DNA of 60,088 nt from Oscillospiraceae bacterium (GTDB taxonomy: Bacteria; Bacillota; Clostridia; Oscillospirales; Ruminococcaceae), in NCBI GenBank assembly GCA_020024185.1, contig JAHHUD010000001.1:1-60088 (forward strand). The letters run 5' to 3'. Shown here piece after piece: positions 45,878 to 54,821 of the stretch. Each line of letters begins with the position of its first letter. Positions within the stretch are counted from its first letter, which is position 1. The position numbers and the translations under genes are program-made. The notes beneath the pieces are model-generated. The model saw only the letters and a list, made by a program, of their open reading frames with translations. It had not been told where the DNA came from and searched no databases.

Positions 45878-47978
45878 TTTCTTCTTTCACCTTTTTAGAT
45901 TTTCTTGTAGCTGTTGGTGTATATTCTGAACAATCTTCATTTATACAGTGTGGTTTTGCAGCTTTTGCTGACTTTTTAAATAGTGTTTTTCCACAAGTTG
46001 GACATACTTTATCAGTTGGTTCTTCCCAAGTCATAAATTTACAGTTTTCGCTGTCAGAACACGCATAGAATGTTCTGCCTCTTTTACTTGTAAGCACAAG
46101 CATAGGTTTTGAACATTTTGGACAAGCGCCTTTTGCTGTTTTTACAATTCTTTTTGTATTTTTACATTCTGGGAATCCACTGCAAGCAAGAAATTTTCCA
46201 AATTTGCCTGTTTTGATAACCATATGTTTTCCACATACTTCACAAATTTCGTCTGTAACTTCATCAGGCACTTTGATTTTCTTGCCTTCCATATTTTCCT
46301 GTGCTGTCTCAAGGTCTTTTGAAAATCTTGAATAAAACTCATTAAGAACTTCTGTCCATTCTTTTTTGCCTTCTTCAATTTCATCAAGGCTATTTTCCAT
46401 TTCAGCTGAGAATTTTACATTTACAATATCTTTAAACTGGTCTTCAAGCAAATCATTTATTGTTATACCAAGTGCTGTTGGAACAAGTTTTTTTGCCTCT
46501 CTTTCAACATATCCTTTATCTGTGATTGTATATATGATAGGAGCATAAGTTGATGGACGTCCAATTCCGTTTTCTTCCAAAGCTTTAATCAAAGTTGCTT
46601 CTGTATATTCACTTGGTGGCTGGGTAAATTTCTGCTCTGCCTCTATGTCTTTAAGCTTTAATTTTGTATCTTCCTGAAGTGGTGGAAGTGCTGTTTCCTT
46701 TTCTTTTTTCTCATCTGTCTGTTCTTCATAAAGAGCAGTAAACCCGTCAAAAACAACTGTATAACCACTTGCTTTATAAATATGACTGCCACATGATATG
46801 TCAACACTTATAGTTTCTTGTAAACAATCTGCCATTTGGCTTGCGATAAATCGTTCCCATATAAGTTTATAAAGTTTTGCAACATCACCTGAAATTGAAC
46901 CATATGCAATTTCCGGGGTAATGTTTATATTTGTTGGTCTGATAGCTTCGTGAGCGTCTTGTGCATTATTTTTCTGTTTATATGTGCGTTTATAGTTTGG
47001 TACATATTCATCGCCAAATTTGCCTTTTATAAAGTCTTTTGCCGCAAAAACAGCTTCATCGCTAACACGCAAAGAGTCTGTTCTCATATAAGTGATAAGA
47101 CCAAGTTGTCCATATCCTGCAATCTCCACACCTTCATACAATGTTTGTGCTGCACGCATTGTACGAAGTGATGTAAAACCAAGACGTCTTGATGCTTCTT
47201 GTTGAAGTGATGATGTAATAAACGGAGGAGCAGGAATACGTTTTCTTTCACCTTTTGTAATCTTTTTAATTTCAAAAGGTTTATCTAAACAGTCTGCTTT
47301 TATTTTTTCTGCCTGCTGTTGATTTTCAACAGTTATTTTTTCTCCACTTGTAGAATGATATCTTGCTTTAAATTTCTTTGCTCCAACACCAAGAGTTGCG
47401 TCTATATTCCAATATTCTTGAGGTATAAATCTTTCAACTTCTCTGTGGCGGTCAACAATAAGTTTTACTGCAACAGACTGAACTCTACCGGCAGATAAAC
47501 CACCTTTTATCTTTTCCCAAAGGAATGGTGATAATTTATACCCCACAATTCTATCCAAAATTCTTCTTGCTTGCTGCGCATTTATAAGGTCTGTATCAAT
47601 AGTACGTTTATTGTTCATACCTTCTGTTATACCTTTTTTGGTAATTTCGCCAAAAGTAACACGATTTTGCTGTGTTGTATCCAATTTCAAAATATGAGCC
47701 AGATGCCATGAGATTGCTTCACCCTCACGGTCCGGGTCAGTTGCCAGATAAACCATATCACTTTCACTTGCAAGTGTTTTAAGCTCTTTTATAAGCTTTG
47801 TTTTACCTGGTATATTTATATATCTTGGTTTAAAATTATTTTCAATATCAACCCCCATTTGTCCTTTTGGAAGGTCTCTGATATGCCCCATAGAAGCTAT
47901 AACATTATAGTCTTCACCAAGATATTTTTTTATTGTTTTCGCCTTAGCTGGGGACTCCACAATAACAAGTTTTGACAT
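45867..47978 (-). CDS. topA: DNA topoisomerase I
   Basis: TOPRIM N-terminus (LVIVESPAKAKTI), active-site region (ITYMRTDS), three C-terminal Cys4 zinc ribbons. Confidence 0.98.
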   Translation of the reverse strand: MSKLVIVESPAKAKTIKKYLGEDYNVIASMGHIRDLPKGQMGVDIENNFKPRYINIPGKTKLIKELKTLASESDMVYLATDPDREGEAISWHLAHILKLDTTQQNRVTFGEITKKGITEGMNNKRTIDTDLINAQQARRILDRIVGYKLSPFLWEKIKGGLSAGRVQSVAVKLIVDRHREVERFIPQEYWNIDATLGVGAKKFKARYHSTSGEKITVENQQQAEKIKADCLDKPFEIKKITKGERKRIPAPPFITSSLQQEASRRLGFTSLRTMRAAQTLYEGVEIAGYGQLGLITYMRTDSLRVSDEAVFAAKDFIKGKFGDEYVPNYKRTYKQKNNAQDAHEAIRPTNINITPEIAYGSISGDVAKLYKLIWERFIASQMADCLQETISVDISCGSHIYKASGYTVVFDGFTALYEEQTDEKKEKETALPPLQEDTKLKLKDIEAEQKFTQPPSEYTEATLIKALEENGIGRPSTYAPIIYTITDKGYVEREAKKLVPTALGITINDLLEDQFKDIVNVKFSAEMENSLDEIEEGKKEWTEVLNEFYSRFSKDLETAQENMEGKKIKVPDEVTDEICEVCGKHMVIKTGKFGKFLACSGFPECKNTKRIVKTAKGACPKCSKPMLVLTSKRGRTFYACSDSENCKFMTWEEPTDKVCPTCGKTLFKKSAKAAKPHCINEDCSEYTPTATRKSKKVKEENEG

Positions 47979-48007
47979 TTTGTACTCCTTGATTATAATG
48001 TTTTAAT

Positions 48008-49081
48008 TTACTTTTTGCAGTATACGCCTGATGATTTGGAAACAATAACTCCGTCAAGTTCCATTTTTGTAAGCAATGCTTTGATTTGTACTATTGGCAA
48101 TTTTGTAACTTCAAATATTTGCTGAGTGCTTTTTGTCTGTCTTCCAAGTGCATCATATATTTTCTGCTCTGGTTGTGTAAGGTTTAATTTTTTTGATTTT
48201 TGTTTTTTCTCTTCTTTAACCTTTATGCCTAAAAAATCCAATACATTTTCTGCTTTTATAAGTGGTATAGCGCCAAGCTGTATAAGTGTATTTGTCCCGT
48301 CATAAAGTGGGTTTGTTATATTTCCCGGCACTGCAAAAAGTTGCTTTGAATATTCCTCTGCTCTTTTTGCTGTTGATAATGAGCCACTTCTTTCTTTTGC
48401 TTGTATAACACATAGAGCTTTGCTTGTTGCAGCAATAAGACGGTTTCTTTCAAGAAACACAGCTTTATATCCATCAGAACCTGTTGGGTATTCTGAAACA
48501 ACACAGCCTTTTTCACAAATTTCCTTTTGAAGATTTCTGTGCATTGCAGGATAGCATTTATCCAAACTTGTACCGATAAATGCAACTGTTTTACCATTTG
48601 AACTAAGTGCTGAAGTATGAGCTTGCCCATCTAACCCTTGAGCTAATCCACTTATTATTGTAACACCATTTTGTGATAAAGTGCTACAAATATCTCCACA
48701 TATTTTTAATCCGTCACGGTCTGGGTTTCTAGCCCCTATTACACCAACGGTATATTCTCCACTTAGTAAAGAAATATCACCTTTGTAAAATAAAACCACA
48801 GGTGAAGACGGAATATTTTTAAAACATTCAGGATATTCTTCATCAGTATAGTTTATTGACATTATGTTATTTATATTGTGTATGCGCTGTATATCTATTG
48901 CAGTGTCAATTGAAACAGTCAATGCTCTTTCCATCTGTTTAACAGTGAAAAAATCATACTCTATCCAAGAGCGTCGTTTTTCATAAAGCTCTTTTGGAGT
49001 AATATTTCCAAGCACAATTTCTCTGCCGTTTGCTGCGTTTGCTCCTATAACAAGGGCAAGCCATATATTATACAAATCCAC
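48008..49081 (-). CDS. dprA: DNA processing protein DprA (Smf)
   Basis: Rossmann-like DprA core (VGVIGARNPDRDG...GLAQGLDGQAH) and a C-terminal winged helix. Likely start is the GTG at 49079-49081, with AAGAGGAGA 6 nt upstream. The alternative ATG at 49105 would overlap trmH. Confidence 0.9.
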   Translation of the reverse strand: MDLYNIWLALVIGANAANGREIVLGNITPKELYEKRRSWIEYDFFTVKQMERALTVSIDTAIDIQRIHNINNIMSINYTDEEYPECFKNIPSSPVVLFYKGDISLLSGEYTVGVIGARNPDRDGLKICGDICSTLSQNGVTIISGLAQGLDGQAHTSALSSNGKTVAFIGTSLDKCYPAMHRNLQKEICEKGCVVSEYPTGSDGYKAVFLERNRLIAATSKALCVIQAKERSGSLSTAKRAEEYSKQLFAVPGNITNPLYDGTNTLIQLGAIPLIKAENVLDFLGIKVKEEKKQKSKKLNLTQPEQKIYDALGRQTKSTQQIFEVTKLPIVQIKALLTKMELDGVIVSKSSGVYCKK

Positions 49082-49083
49082 AG

Positions 49084-49854
49084 TTATTCTCCTCTTAGCT
49101 CCCACATCATAACACCAGCGCTTACTGCTGCGTTTAAACTTTCAATCTGTTCTGACATTGGAATTTTAACTTTATATCGAGATGCTTTGATTGTATCTTT
49201 TGAAAGCCCGTTTCCTTCATTTCCGATAAGAATTGCAACCGGAAGATTTATTTTTTCACTGCCAAGTTCTTCGCTGTTTTCAAGACAAGTTGCAACTGTT
49301 GAAAAGCCTTGTTTAGATAAATCTTCCACAAGTTGCGGAATATCTTTAACTTTGTACACATTGAGTTTAACGCTGGCTGTCATACTACTGCGTAAAACTT
49401 TTGGAGAATAAATATCTGCGCATTTAAAGCTTGTAACAATGTTATCATAGCCAAAAGCCAATGCTGTACGCATTATAGCGCCCATATTTCCCGGGTCTTG
49501 TATATCTTCTAAAACAATAAGTTTTTTTGCAGAAAATATTTTATTTATATCCGGTTTTTTCATTTTAAAAATGCCAAAAACACCTTGACTTGTCTTATCT
49601 TCACTAAGTTTTTGATTTACTGTATCTGTAATTATGTAAACGGGTTGATTTACAAGTTGTTTTTCATATATATCATACTCGTCCTGCATAAAAAATAAAC
49701 TTTCTGCAACAAAGCCTGCATTTAAAATATCCATTACAACCTTTGGTGTTGACGCAAAAAACAAACCTAATTCTGCTCTAAATTTTGCGTCTTTTGACAG
49801 TTTAACTGCATTTTTTATTTTTGGATTATCTTTACTTTGAATAACATTTATCAT
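49084..49854 (-). CDS. TrmH/SpoU-family RNA 2'-O-methyltransferase (YsgA-like)
   Basis: SpoU motifs (LEDIQDPGNMGAIMRTA, LIGNEGNGL, IPMSEQIESLNAAVSAGV). Start set at the ATG at 49852-49854 with an AAAGAGG RBS. Position after rplT as in Bacillus. Confidence 0.88.
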   Translation of the reverse strand: MINVIQSKDNPKIKNAVKLSKDAKFRAELGLFFASTPKVVMDILNAGFVAESLFFMQDEYDIYEKQLVNQPVYIITDTVNQKLSEDKTSQGVFGIFKMKKPDINKIFSAKKLIVLEDIQDPGNMGAIMRTALAFGYDNIVTSFKCADIYSPKVLRSSMTASVKLNVYKVKDIPQLVEDLSKQGFSTVATCLENSEELGSEKINLPVAILIGNEGNGLSKDTIKASRYKVKIPMSEQIESLNAAVSAGVMMWELRGE

Positions 49855-49957
49855 AAAAGATACCTCTTTTTCCATATATATAATGTATTTAAAAACACTT
49901 TTTTATGCTGATATTAGGCATAAAAAACCATAAAATCAGCATTTTTAACTATCTTTA

Positions 49958-49997
49958 AATACAAAGATACGCCCTAACGCAAAAGGCGCTAAGGCGT
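49958..49997 (-). terminator. Terminator hairpin after rplT (complete only in minus-strand RNA)
   Basis: 12-bp stem, 49969-49980 with 49986-49997. The two plus-strand C-A mismatches become G-U pairs in minus RNA. Tail AUCUUUGUAUUU. Confidence 0.55.
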
Positions 49998-50008
49998 AGT
50001 AATTTTTA

Positions 50009-50362
50009 TTAAAGAGCTTTTTTTGCAGCTTCAACAAGGCTTGCAAATGCAGCAGCATCATTGATTGCCAATTCAGAAAGCATTTTTCTGTTGAGTGTGA
50101 TACCTGCTTTTTTGAGGCCGTTCATAAATGTAGAGTAGTTCATATCGTGCATTTTAACAGCAGCAGAAATTCTTGTAATCCAAAGACGACGGAAATCTCT
50201 CTTTTTCTGTTTTCTACCAATGAAAGCGTAGTTACCGCTCTTCATAACTTGCTGTTTAGCCATTTTGAAGTGTTTGGATTTTGAACCCCAGTAACCTTTT
50301 GCCATTTTAAGTGTTTTGTTTCTTCTTTTGCGAGTCATCATCGCGCCTTTAATACGAGCCAT
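50009..50362 (-). CDS. rplT: 50S ribosomal protein L20
   Basis: [29 protein letters not shown], canonical L20. Confidence 0.98.
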   Translation of the reverse strand: MARIKGAMMTRKRRNKTLKMAKGYWGSKSKHFKMAKQQVMKSGNYAFIGRKQKKRDFRRLWITRISAAVKMHDMNYSTFMNGLKKAGITLNRKMLSELAINDAAAFASLVEAAKKAL

Positions 50363-50413
50363 TTATATAATCTCCTTTAATCTATCAATAAATCTTAAGT
50401 GTTTGCAAATAAA

Positions 50414-50617
50414 TTACATGTATGGAAGCAATTTTTTGATAACTGCTGCATTTGTTTTATCTGCGTAGCCACCTTTTCTGAGGTTTCTTTTTCTTTTTGT
50501 TGACATTTTAGTTAAGATATGGCTTCTAAAAGCTTTACCTCTTTTGAGTTTGCCAGTTTTTGTCATTTTAAATCTTTTTTTAGCACCTGTGTGTGTTTTG
50601 ATTTTGTACTTTTTCAT
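50414..50617 (-). CDS. rpmI: 50S ribosomal protein L35
   Basis: [35 protein letters not shown], canonical L35. Confidence 0.97.
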   Translation of the reverse strand: MKKYKIKTHTGAKKRFKMTKTGKLKRGKAFRSHILTKMSTKRKRNLRKGGYADKTNAAVIKKLLPYM

Positions 50618-50637
50618 GGAAAAAATTCCTCCTAATA

Positions 50638-51156
50638 TTATTTATTATTTACTGGAGCAAGAAACATCATCATGCTTCTGCCTTCAAGTTTCGCTGGTTT
50701 TTCTATTGTGCCACCGACAACAGCTTCACCAAAACGTTGCATAACATCAAGGCCAAGCTTTGAGTGTGCCATTTCTCTACCACGGAAACGAATTGAAACT
50801 TTAACTTTATCACCGTTTTTAAGGAACTTGTTTGCCTGATTTACTTTTGTGTTGAAGTCGTTTGTATCAATGTTGATAGAAAGACGAACTTCTTTTATAT
50901 CAACAACTTTTTGGTTCTTTTTATTTTCTTTTTCCTTTTTCTGTTGTTCAAAACGATATTTACCGTAATCCATAATACGACAAACTGGTGGAACAGCTGT
51001 TGGGGCAATCTTAACAAGGTCAAGATTTTCATCTTCTGCCATTTTGAGAGCCTTGTCTGGGCTCATAACGCCAAGCTGGCTTCCGTCTGCACCGATAACT
51101 CTGATTTCCTTATCACGAATTTCTTCGTTGATTTCAAGTTCTTTTTTTGTACTAAT
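50638..51156 (-). CDS. infC: Translation initiation factor IF-3, probable non-AUG (AUU) start
   Basis: IF-3 N and C domains ([22 protein letters not shown]...). GGAGGTG (51164-51170) lies 7 nt before the ATT at 51154-51156. The upstream in-frame ATG at 51186 has no RBS and adds non-IF3 residues. Confidence 0.9.
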   Translation of the reverse strand: MSTKKELEINEEIRDKEIRVIGADGSQLGVMSPDKALKMAEDENLDLVKIAPTAVPPVCRIMDYGKYRFEQQKKEKENKKNQKVVDIKEVRLSINIDTNDFNTKVNQANKFLKNGDKVKVSIRFRGREMAHSKLGLDVMQRFGEAVVGGTIEKPAKLEGRSMMMFLAPVNNK

Positions 51157-51183
51157 GATAAAGCACCTCCAATTATAATTTTG

Positions 51184-51314
51184 CAAAAAACAAAAGCGCG
51201 TATATGGTATACGCGCTCTAAAATAAACCGAATTTTATCCCTATAAAAAAGGGCATTCTCTTTATTAACCCGACCACATTTTGCGATACAAGGTGAGCAC
51301 GATACTACGTGTCT
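51184..51314 (-). promoter_or_regulatory. infC-rpmI-rplT leader with a terminator (L20-type attenuator)
   Basis: Leader of ~130 nt between the promoter and the infC RBS. It ends in a perfect 10-bp GC-rich stem AGCGCGTATA (51195-51204) / TATACGCGCT (51208-51217) plus TTTGTTTTTT on the minus strand. Confidence 0.6.
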
Positions 51315-51321
51315 GCTTTAT

Positions 51322-51350
51322 TGCTTTAAATATTATACATATAAAAGCTG
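51322..51350 (-). promoter_or_regulatory. Perfect consensus sigma-A promoter of the infC operon
   Basis: Minus strand TTGACA (51345-51350), 17 nt, TATAAT (51322-51327). Confidence 0.7.
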
Positions 51351-51407
51351 ATTTTGTCAACAAAAATTGCTATTTTATAAGATTTTCTATATTATTTTAC
51401 TTTTTGT

Positions 51408-54400
51408 CTAAAATCTTATATCACTGCCAAGATGGAAACTGTATATTATGCACTCAATTTCTTTTACATCGTATAGATATCCGGCAGCAATTCTATATAA
51501 TTCAAGCTGTTTATGATATCTTTCATATAAAGTTTGCATATCATTTACCCTGTCTGTTTTGTAATCTATAACATAGGCTTTATCTTTTGTCAATACAATG
51601 CAGTCTATAACACCTTGAAGCATTATGGTTTCGTCTTTGTATGTTTGGTCTTTCAAAGCTTCTGACGCGCTGTACGGCACAAGAAATTCTTTTTCGTTAT
51701 AAACTTTTTCTCCGTTTAAAATTATAGTTGCAACTTGAGAGTTTATAAATGTTTCTATCTGTTTTTTATTTATAAGCTTTTTGTCTATTACATTCTTTTC
51801 TGCAAGTCTTTCTATCTCATTTTCAAGGTTTGTTCTTGCAAGCAAAATATCACTATGTTGTGCAAAAAGGTGCATTTGTGTACCTTTTTCTGTTGCAGAA
51901 AAGTTTTCTTTTTTGATAAATGATGGTTTTTTAAGAGATATAATCGGTATAGATTTTGCAATTTCACCAACAGATACTTTTATAGGAAGTTTTGTCTTTT
52001 CTATACTGTGATATTGATAATCAAAATTATTTTTTGCTTTTTCTATGTCAAAATCTATATCGTTTTGTTGATTGTCTTCTTGTTGCAACTCTATTTGTGT
52101 ATCATTAACATCAACGATTTTAAAATCCAAAAATTCTTCTGTATTTATCTTCTCCTTTATAAGCATATACTCTGACAAAATCTTATGTCCCATATATCCT
52201 GTTAAAATCCATTCCATAGGAGAATTAGCTTTTCTCAACGCATATTCGTGAATTTCATCAGATGTTATTTGTGCAATTTTGGCAAGTGTTTTTTCTGTAA
52301 ATAAGTTTGTGTACTGAGCTGTGAGAAACATACAGTTTTTTGCACGTGTAAACGCAACATACAATAAACGCATTTCATCATTTGCATTTTCTGCAAGAAT
52401 TTTTTTCTTTATAGCCTGTATTCCTGCTGTTGATTTATTGTATCCAAAACTTTCATTTGCGTATGTTGCCATACCTAAAACCGGGTCTATCATCAATCGT
52501 TTTGAACGGTCTTGTTTATTAAATGGTGTGCCGAGTCCACTTACAAAACATATTGGAAATTCCAGACCTTTTGAGGTATGCATTGTCATTATTGCCACTG
52601 TATTTTCCGGCCTTTGTATATTTTCATCAGAATTTTTTCCGGTTTCTATACATAAATCAATATATCTTAAAAAATCACCCAAATAGTTTTGATAGCTTTG
52701 AGCATATTTTTTTGCCATAGCGATAAAGCGTCTTATATTTTCTCTTTTCACATTACCGTTATCAGCAAATGCAAGATTTGTATAGTAACCTGTCTTATTG
52801 ATTATATAATCTATAAGCTTATCAGGTGAATAAATTTTTGCCACAAAAGCAAAGTCTTTAAGTTGATTTAAAAAATCAACAGATTTTGGATTATCAGATA
52901 AAGACAGCAGTTTATATAAATTTTCTTTTTTGTCTTTAAGACGTATTTTTAAAATTTCATCAAGAGTAAATGTAAATATATTTCCAAACATACCCGCTGT
53001 CAAATAAACTTCCTGCAACGGATTATTTATAACTTTTAAAAGCGATATTATACTTTGTATTTCAGGTTGTTCCAAAAGAGGTTTATCGTCTTTAACAAAA
53101 ACTTTTATACCTTTTTCTTTCAGTGCATTTTCAAATTTATCAAAGTTCTTTTTGTTTCTTAAAAGTATGCAGAAATCACCATAATTTACACAACGCTCTT
53201 TGCCGTCTTCTTCTATTTTAAAACCGCTCTGAACAAGACTATATATTTTTTCAGCCACCATAACAGCTTCATTTTCTTTGTCGTTTGCAATCATTATATG
53301 AGTGCCTGCTGTTCCGTTATCAGTTTTTTGAGGTGATGGCAAAAGCTGTTCACCATCACGATAATTTACGCCACCAACATCAGTTGTCATTATTTTTTCA
53401 AACAAAAAGTTTACACCTTTTATAACATTTACTTCACTTCTGAAGTTGTTTGGCAAAACAATTGTTTTTCCTAAAGATTTATCAAGTTTCTCTCTTGCAC
53501 GCTTTTCAAGCAAAATTTGTGGACTTGCTTTTCTAAAACCGTATATACTCTGTTTTACGTCCCCAACAACAAAAAGATTTTTTTCTTTTTCTTTTGCAAT
53601 TGTTTTAAATATCATATCCTGAACATAGCTTGTGTCTTGAAATTCATCTTCCATTATCTTTACATATTTCTCCTGTAAAGCTAAAGCAAGCTGTGTGTCA
53701 TTTCCGTTTTCGTCTATCAACAATTGAACTGCAAAATGTTCAAAATCAGAAAACTCAAAAGATTTTTCCTGTTTTTTTATTTCCATAAGCTTATCTGAGT
53801 AAAATACAAAAACGTCTGTTATAGCTTTTATATACTTTTGAGTTTGTTCAATCTGTTTATAGTACGTATCTTCGTTTAAATATTCTATATCACTAGCAAT
53901 ATTTTTCAAAACATCTTTTAATGTATTATTAGCAGTTTTTGCACCTTCTGAAAATTCTGATGCTGTACCTTTTTTCAGCCTGCCAATAGTCACAAGTCCC
54001 TCACTTGCTATACTTTTAACGCCGAATATATCGCCGTTATTATAGCATTGTTTCATCAAAAGAACTGTTTTTTCATTTGTAAGAGTACCTTCTCTGTAAC
54101 CGTCTATCTCACCATACTCAATAAGTTGTTTAACTCTGTTTATGAGATAAACAGCATAATCAATCTGTTTTCCTATATCATTCCATAAATAGCTATACAC
54201 TTGGCTTTGTTCAAAACTTTCTTTTTCTGCCTTATCAGCAAGCTCCAATGCTCTTTGTTTTGGAAAAGGCAATGCAGAAAAATAGTAATACATATATTTC
54301 AGAAATTCTCTTATCTGTGTATCCTGACTTGATTTACCAAATATTGTTACAAAGTTTTGAAAATCTTTGTTTTGATATCCATATTCCATAGCCAAATCAA

Positions 54401-54821
54401 TGGCTTTTTCGTGTATAAGCATACTTTGTGCATCATCACATATAGTAAAGTCCGGAGAAATATCCAATGCCTCAAAGTTCTCTTTTGCAAGTTTTATGCA
54501 AAAAGAGTGTATTGTTGAAATATCTGCTTTTTGCAAAGCTACTTTTTGGCTTTTTATATATGAATTTTCCGGATTTTGTTTTATGGCATTATTTATACCC
54601 TTTTCAATTCTATTTTTAAACTCTTTTGCTGAGGCGTTGGAGAAAGTAACAATAAGCAGTCTGTCTGCCGGAGTTTTATTTTCTTCATCAAGCAAAATTC
54701 TCAAAGCTTTTTCAACAAGAACTGTTGTTTTACCACTGCCGGCAGCTGCGGAAAGCACTGTTAATGTCCCGTCATAGTCCAACGCTTGTTTTTGCTGAGC
54801 TGTCCACTGTCTTTTACTCAC
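51408..54821 (-). CDS. addA: ATP-dependent helicase/nuclease subunit A
   Basis: UvrD-like helicase (AAAGSGKTT, DEFQDTS) with a C-terminal PD-(D/E)xK nuclease (GVIDCIV...VIDYKTD). 1137 aa. Overlaps addB by 8 nt. Confidence 0.95.
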   Translation of the reverse strand: MSKRQWTAQQKQALDYDGTLTVLSAAAGSGKTTVLVEKALRILLDEENKTPADRLLIVTFSNASAKEFKNRIEKGINNAIKQNPENSYIKSQKVALQKADISTIHSFCIKLAKENFEALDISPDFTICDDAQSMLIHEKAIDLAMEYGYQNKDFQNFVTIFGKSSQDTQIREFLKYMYYYFSALPFPKQRALELADKAEKESFEQSQVYSYLWNDIGKQIDYAVYLINRVKQLIEYGEIDGYREGTLTNEKTVLLMKQCYNNGDIFGVKSIASEGLVTIGRLKKGTASEFSEGAKTANNTLKDVLKNIASDIEYLNEDTYYKQIEQTQKYIKAITDVFVFYSDKLMEIKKQEKSFEFSDFEHFAVQLLIDENGNDTQLALALQEKYVKIMEDEFQDTSYVQDMIFKTIAKEKEKNLFVVGDVKQSIYGFRKASPQILLEKRAREKLDKSLGKTIVLPNNFRSEVNVIKGVNFLFEKIMTTDVGGVNYRDGEQLLPSPQKTDNGTAGTHIMIANDKENEAVMVAEKIYSLVQSGFKIEEDGKERCVNYGDFCILLRNKKNFDKFENALKEKGIKVFVKDDKPLLEQPEIQSIISLLKVINNPLQEVYLTAGMFGNIFTFTLDEILKIRLKDKKENLYKLLSLSDNPKSVDFLNQLKDFAFVAKIYSPDKLIDYIINKTGYYTNLAFADNGNVKRENIRRFIAMAKKYAQSYQNYLGDFLRYIDLCIETGKNSDENIQRPENTVAIMTMHTSKGLEFPICFVSGLGTPFNKQDRSKRLMIDPVLGMATYANESFGYNKSTAGIQAIKKKILAENANDEMRLLYVAFTRAKNCMFLTAQYTNLFTEKTLAKIAQITSDEIHEYALRKANSPMEWILTGYMGHKILSEYMLIKEKINTEEFLDFKIVDVNDTQIELQQEDNQQNDIDFDIEKAKNNFDYQYHSIEKTKLPIKVSVGEIAKSIPIISLKKPSFIKKENFSATEKGTQMHLFAQHSDILLARTNLENEIERLAEKNVIDKKLINKKQIETFINSQVATIILNGEKVYNEKEFLVPYSASEALKDQTYKDETIMLQGVIDCIVLTKDKAYVIDYKTDRVNDMQTLYERYHKQLELYRIAAGYLYDVKEIECIIYSFHLGSDIRF

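Noticed and set aside
49876-49957. Mutually exclusive hairpins (ATGCTGAT...ATCAGCAT versus TTATGC...GCATAA) between rplT and trmH, suggestive of an attenuator
   Set aside because: The stems are short and AT-rich, there is no clear U-tract or leader peptide, and random AT-rich sequence explains them equally well.
51281-51571. 96-aa plus-strand ORF
   Set aside because: It spans the infC promoter and leader and the 3' end of addA in antisense. No RBS and no recognisable protein features.
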